Assembly: GCA_963706955.1 (NCBI GenBank) | Contig: CAVPOC010000010.1 | Span: forward strand, 64,001-128,000 | Reading direction: 5' to 3' | Length of the DNA: 64,000 nucleotides | DNA from: an uncultured Verrucomicrobiae bacterium | GTDB taxonomy: Bacteria; Verrucomicrobiota; Verrucomicrobiia; Chthoniobacterales; Terrimicrobiaceae | Part shown: positions 59,367 through 64,000 of the stretch, piece after piece | Position numbering within the stretch: position 1 is the first letter of the stretch | Layout: each line of letters begins with the position of its first letter | The notes under the pieces: generated by a model | What the model saw: only the letters and a program-made list of their open reading frames with translations | Told to the model about the DNA's origin: nothing | Databases searched by the model: none | Program-made: the position numbers and the translations under genes

Positions 59367-60771
59367 CTAAATCGAATGTGGCTTTCCAGTACCTGTAGAC
59401 GTAAAAGCCTAAGCTTTTCAGCTTAGCCATATCGAGGACGTTCCGACCATCAAAGACCCAGGCAGGCTTGTGCATATCCTGGTAGATCTTCGCAAAATCA
59501 AGATCGCGAAATTCGTCCCATTCCGTCAGGACCATGACCCCGTGCGCGCCGTGGGCGGCTTGCATCGCATTCGAGCAAATCTCGATGCGTGGATCATCGG
59601 ATTTGACTTCCAGGTCGGCGAAAATCTGATCCGCCTCGACCTTGGGATCGTAAATGGCCAGCCGCGCCTGTTCGTCGAGCAAGGCCTTACACACCGAGAT
59701 TGCCGGGGACTCGCGGGTATCGTTAGTGTCCTTTTTGAAGGCAAAGCCAAGTACTGCCAGGCGCTTGCCCGAGACGGTATTAAAGAGCGTTCTGATCACG
59801 CGGGTGACAAACCGGCTCTTTTGCCAGTCGTTGAGCTTGACGACATGTTCCCAGTAGTCCGCCACCTCAGGGATGCCAAAAAATCCGCAGAGATAAACTA
59901 AATTGAGAATATCCTTTTGAAAACATGATCCACCGAAGCCCACGGAAGCCTTGAGGAACTTCGGACCGATGCGGGAGTCGGTGCCGATCGCACGCGCGAC
60001 CTCGTCGACGTCCGCCCCGGTCGTTTCGCAAAGAGCTGAGATCGAATTGATCGAGGAAATGCGCTGCGCCAGAAAAGCATTGGCCACGAGCTTGGCCAAC
60101 TCCGACGACCAAAGATTCGTGGTCAAGATGCGCTCGCGGGGAACCCACCTCGCATAGACGGAAACAAGCTTCTCGATGGCCGCCAATCCTCCAGGAGTCT
60201 GTTCGCCGCCAATCAGGATGCGATCAGGAGCTTCCAGGTCGGCGACGGCCGTGCCCTCGGCGAGAAACTCGGGGTTGGAAAGGACCTGGTGGTTCAACTT
60301 CTTTCCACTTGCACTGAGAATTGTCAGGATCGTTTCGGCGGTCTTCACCGGAATGGTGCTCTTCTCGACAATAATCTTGGGCTCGTCCGCAACCTCCGCA
60401 ATCATCCGGGCGACCGCCTCGATGAAGCGCACATCGGCGGCGCGCCCCGCTCCGATCCCAAAGGTCTTCGTGGGCGTGTTGACACTGACAAAGACAATGT
60501 CGGCGCCTCGGACCGCATCCTGAACTCCCGTGGTGAAGAACAAGTTGCGGCCACGCGCGGATTTGACGACCTCGTCCAATCCGGGTTCATAGACCGGGAG
60601 GTTGCCGGAATTCCAGGCGTCAATTCTCTGCTGATTGAGATCGACCACCTCCACCCGAATATCGGGACATTTCGAGGCGATCATGGCCATGGTCGGTCCG
60701 CCGACATAGCCGGCTCCGACGCAGCAAATCTTCAAAGCAAAATCGGTTGTTGGTGATGTTTGTTGAGCCAT
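59367..60771 (-). CDS. ugd: UDP-glucose 6-dehydrogenase (probable frameshift near 59393; uncorrected ORF ends 59284)
   Basis: [62 protein letters not shown]. Confidence 0.95.
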
Positions 60772-60808
60772 AAAGGGAAGTTAGAGCGGCGTTAGTTTTG
60801 AAAAGGTC

Positions 60809-61735
60809 TCAGATAGCTTGACGAAAATAAGCAATGGTGCGGTCCAAGCCTTCCTCGAGCGGAACTTTTGGCTCCCAGCCAAGGGTTTCCTTAGCTAAGG
60901 AAATGTCGGGCCGTCTTTGCTTCGGATCATCGGCAGGCAGAGGAAGATTGGTCACCTTCGATTTTCCGCCGACCTTTTTGAGAACGAGTTCCGCCAACTC
61001 CAGCATGGTAAACTCCCCCGGGTTGCCTATGTTCACTGGCCCGACCGTCTTTTCCTGATTCATCAAGCGAACGAACCCGTCAATCAGATCGTCCACGTAG
61101 CAAAAGGAACGTGTTTGCGAGCCGTCTCCATAAACGGTGAGATTCTCGCCCTTCAGCGCCTGGACGATGAAGTTGGAGACCACCCGCCCATCGTCGGCCA
61201 GCATTCGGGGACCGTAGGTATTGAAGATTCTAACCACGCGAATATCGACCCCATTTTCACGATGATAATCGAAGAATAAGGTCTCTGCACAACGCTTGCC
61301 CTCGTCATAGCACGAACGGCGGCCAATCGGATTTACATTCCCCCAGTAGGACTCATCCTGCGGGTGCACCGTCGGATCACCGTAGACTTCCGAGGTGGAG
61401 GCGAGGAAGACCCGCGCCCGGACGCGCTTGGCCAGACCCAGACAGTTGATCGCCCCCATGACTGAGGTCTTGGTCGTCTTGATCGGGTTGTATTGATAAT
61501 GGGGAGGCGACGCCGGACACGCCAGATTATAAATCTGATCAACTTCCACCTTGAAGGGATCGATGACATCGTGCCGGATCAACTCAAACTTCGGGTCCTG
61601 AAGGAGGTGAGCAATATTTTGCCTTCGACCAGTGAAGAAATTGTCGAGACATAAGATCTCATGGCCCTCATTGATAAGCCGATCACACAAATGCGAGCCG
61701 AGAAAGCCCGCGCCGCCAGTGACTAAGATGCGCAT
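60809..61735 (-). CDS. uxs: UDP-glucuronate decarboxylase (UDP-xylose synthase)
   Basis: [65 protein letters not shown]. Confidence 0.93.
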   Translation of the reverse strand: MRILVTGGAGFLGSHLCDRLINEGHEILCLDNFFTGRRQNIAHLLQDPKFELIRHDVIDPFKVEVDQIYNLACPASPPHYQYNPIKTTKTSVMGAINCLGLAKRVRARVFLASTSEVYGDPTVHPQDESYWGNVNPIGRRSCYDEGKRCAETLFFDYHRENGVDIRVVRIFNTYGPRMLADDGRVVSNFIVQALKGENLTVYGDGSQTRSFCYVDDLIDGFVRLMNQEKTVGPVNIGNPGEFTMLELAELVLKKVGGKSKVTNLPLPADDPKQRRPDISLAKETLGWEPKVPLEEGLDRTIAYFRQAI

Positions 61736-62037
61736 ATATTTAGTTTAAAGCATGCTCAAACCGACGGGACCGTCGCAAGCCAAAAATGACTTAGGCAATG
61801 CCGGTCAAACGAACAATATGGGAGAGAGCCGATCGTGAGGTCGCCGTTCTAACGTTTCCACTTCGATTGATTACTAAGCAAACTTTTGAGACAAGCTGCC
61901 GCCCCTGGTCGTTCTCCACCTGGTGTGTCGAGACCACTTTCATTCCCTTTGGCTACTCTGGCGAAGTTTGAGATCTCCGCGTTCAATGCGAACCGGATAA
62001 TCGATTCTTCCTTCGCCTGAATTTCGCTACAGAGCGC

Positions 62038-64000
62038 TTATGCATGGCCGCCCGTAGAACTCTTCTTCGAGCCCTGAGAAGCCTTGGCGTCGGAACCTCC
62101 ATAAGCGTAATGATAAAAGTAATAAGCGGAATCGCGTCCGAGATGGACCCTGTTCAAGATGAAGCCGGCGAGCCTTCCTTTGGCATTCTCGAGGAGCTTC
62201 TTCGCGCGCGCGAGCGCCTTCTTCGGAGTTTTCGCTGCCCGCACGACCAAGCAAACATAATTCGCCAGGGGAGTGATGCGCAAGGTATCGCTGACCGCGT
62301 TGACGGGAGCTGAATCGATGATGACACGGTCGAATCTCTCGGTGAGGGTCTTCATCAGCTTGTCAAAACCGTCGGCACCGAGGAGCTCGCCGGGATTACT
62401 GGTCTTCCCGCCGGCACAGATCACCGAAAGATTCTCCTGCGGACCTGCCATGATAATGCGATCAATCTCCACATCTCCTGAAAGGAAATCTGCGAGGCCA
62501 GCATGTCGTCGCGCTCCTTCGGCGTCAGAAAAAATCTTGTGCACCGCGGGCATGCGCAGGTCGGCATCGACCAAGATCGTCTTTTGACCTTCGGCAGCAA
62601 ATGCCATGGCCGCATTGTAGGCACAAAAGGTCTTCCCCTCCCCGGGGATAGCGCTGGTCACCAGAAACGAACGACGATGCGCTTCGTCACCCATCAGCGA
62701 AAGCGTCGTGCGCATGCTCCGGAAAGCTTCGGCTTGCTGGCTCTGGCCGGCATCGGCGAAAACACTTGGAATTTTGTCACCACGCTGGTTGGGTAGATCT
62801 GAGACGACGGCGAGAACCGGAAGCTTAAGAAAGCTCTCGGCTTGGTCGACGTAGCGCAGGCTGCTATCGAGCATGTCCAAACCGAAGATGGTTCCGGCAC
62901 CCAGCGCGAGTCCGAGAAATAAGCCAAGGCCGAGCATTTTCAGCAACGGACGTGGAACTGGTTTGGCGGCTAACGGCTCCTGGACAATCCGAAACGGTGT
63001 TGATTCGACGCCGAGAGATACATTGGTCTCACGGAGGCGAGCATTGACGGCGTCATACATGGCGCGGTCGGAGTCGACTTCCCGCTGGAGCACATTGTAG
63101 GGGATAGCAATTTTATTAAGCTCGAGGGCGTCCTGTTCCTGCTCCTTGAGGGCTTCGTTCAATTTGGTTTCCGCATCGACCGCCGCTTGATATTGGGTAT
63201 TGAGAATCTCGCCCGCGTTCTTGAGCGTATCGTGAAGAGATGTCCTCAGCTGCTCGAGCTGAGTGGTCGCTTGGATGGTCCGGGGATGCTGCGGCAAGTA
63301 GCGCTTCGCGGTCGCCGCCAAATCCGCGTCGGCCGTGTTGACCTGGGCACGGAGAGCCTGAACCTCCGGGATCGCGCTGACACTCGGGATTTGCAGCATT
63401 TGATCGATGTCTGCGTCAGGTATCTTCCGGAGGAGATCCATATCGGACTCCAGCTTGATACGCTGGTTCCTCGCCTCACCGACTTGGACACTCAGCTCCT
63501 TAAGCTTTGCGACGGTGATGTTCTGATCCTCTTGCAGAGAGACGGCATTCTGCTCTTCCTTATACTTCTGGAGCTTTTGTTCGGAGGCCTCCAACTTTAC
63601 CTTGAGCTTCTCTGCTTCATCGCGGAGGAAATCGTTAGCGACCTGCGCCGCCGCCATCCGCTGCTCAATTGTTTGGCGCATGAATTCCTTGACCACGGTC
63701 TGCGCGATCAACTGCGCCCGTTCCGGATTGGTATCGGTCGCGGCCACATCGATGAGCCGGGTCCCTCGACGCACCGTCGCCGAGACCATCGCGCGCATGC
63801 GATCGGCAATCTCGGCATCTGAATAGGGCTCCGCGCGAGGCTCAATGAATTCAGGATCGTTCAGCAGATTGGTGGCCTTGGCGACGCGCACCAGAAACGA
63901 ATCGCCGGTCAACGTCGCCACCATGGTGGTCAAATAGTCGGCCGCCTCGAGTCGGACGGTTTCTTCCGTTTTGAGAACGCGCTGCTCCTGCTGCTCGACT
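62038..64000 (-). CDS. wzc: Polysaccharide co-polymerase / tyrosine autokinase (Wzc/GumC); 5' end outside the window
   Basis: Periplasmic coiled coil (YLPQHP), TM, AEAFRSMRT, Walker A SAIPGEGKT, DADLR, IIDSAP, Tyr cluster YYFYHYAY. Confidence 0.92.
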   Translation of the reverse strand, partial: VEQQEQRVLKTEETVRLEAADYLTTMVATLTGDSFLVRVAKATNLLNDPEFIEPRAEPYSDAEIADRMRAMVSATVRRGTRLIDVAATDTNPERAQLIAQTVVKEFMRQTIEQRMAAAQVANDFLRDEAEKLKVKLEASEQKLQKYKEEQNAVSLQEDQNITVAKLKELSVQVGEARNQRIKLESDMDLLRKIPDADIDQMLQIPSVSAIPEVQALRAQVNTADADLAATAKRYLPQHPRTIQATTQLEQLRTSLHDTLKNAGEILNTQYQAAVDAETKLNEALKEQEQDALELNKIAIPYNVLQREVDSDRAMYDAVNARLRETNVSLGVESTPFRIVQEPLAAKPVPRPLLKMLGLGLFLGLALGAGTIFGLDMLDSSLRYVDQAESFLKLPVLAVVSDLPNQRGDKIPSVFADAGQSQQAEAFRSMRTTLSLMGDEAHRRSFLVTSAIPGEGKTFCAYNAAMAFAAEGQKTILVDADLRMPAVHKIFSDAEGARRHAGLADFLSGDVEIDRIIMAGPQENLSVICAGGKTSNPGELLGADGFDKLMKTLTERFDRVIIDSAPVNAVSDTLRITPLANYVCLVVRAAKTPKKALARAKKLLENAKGRLAGFILNRVHLGRDSAYYFYHYAYGGSDAKASQGSKKSSTGGHA

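Overview
GC-rich bacterial DNA, most likely from a Verrucomicrobiota (Spartobacteria/Chthoniobacterales-like) genome. This inference rests on a Verru_Chthon pilin-like cassette, SPTP-type linkers and PVC-style REP palindromes. There are three blocks. (1) 1-4.6 kb: metabolic genes (aldo/keto reductase, dihydropyrimidinase, renalase-like flavoprotein, cyclase-family hydrolase). (2) About 4.9-35 kb: an apparent glycan-foraging locus without any SusC/SusD or TonB-dependent receptor. It holds a sugar ABC importer headed by a TPR lipoprotein, a Verru_Chthon type IV pilin-like cassette (B-C-A, with D inverted), a GntR/LacI regulator, a GH39 beta-xylosidase, two large secreted FlgD-Ig/NHL-propeller proteins (one with a clan GH-A barrel) and a TPR-TPR-ExbB-ExbD-ExbD-vWA motor operon. 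This block is the best candidate for an undescribed system. (3) 35.4-64 kb, minus strand: GH17, a lipoprotein and a large surface-polysaccharide cluster (Wzc, UDP-xylose synthase, UDP-glucose dehydrogenase, PglK-like ABC flippase, 13 glycosyltransferase ORFs, acetyltransferase, Wzy-like polymerase, VanZ, priming transferase). Many genes carry single-base frameshifts, probably long-read errors, so several CDS coordinates span joined frames. No rRNA, tRNA, CRISPR array or transposase was seen. All family calls come from motif recognition by eye, not from database searches.
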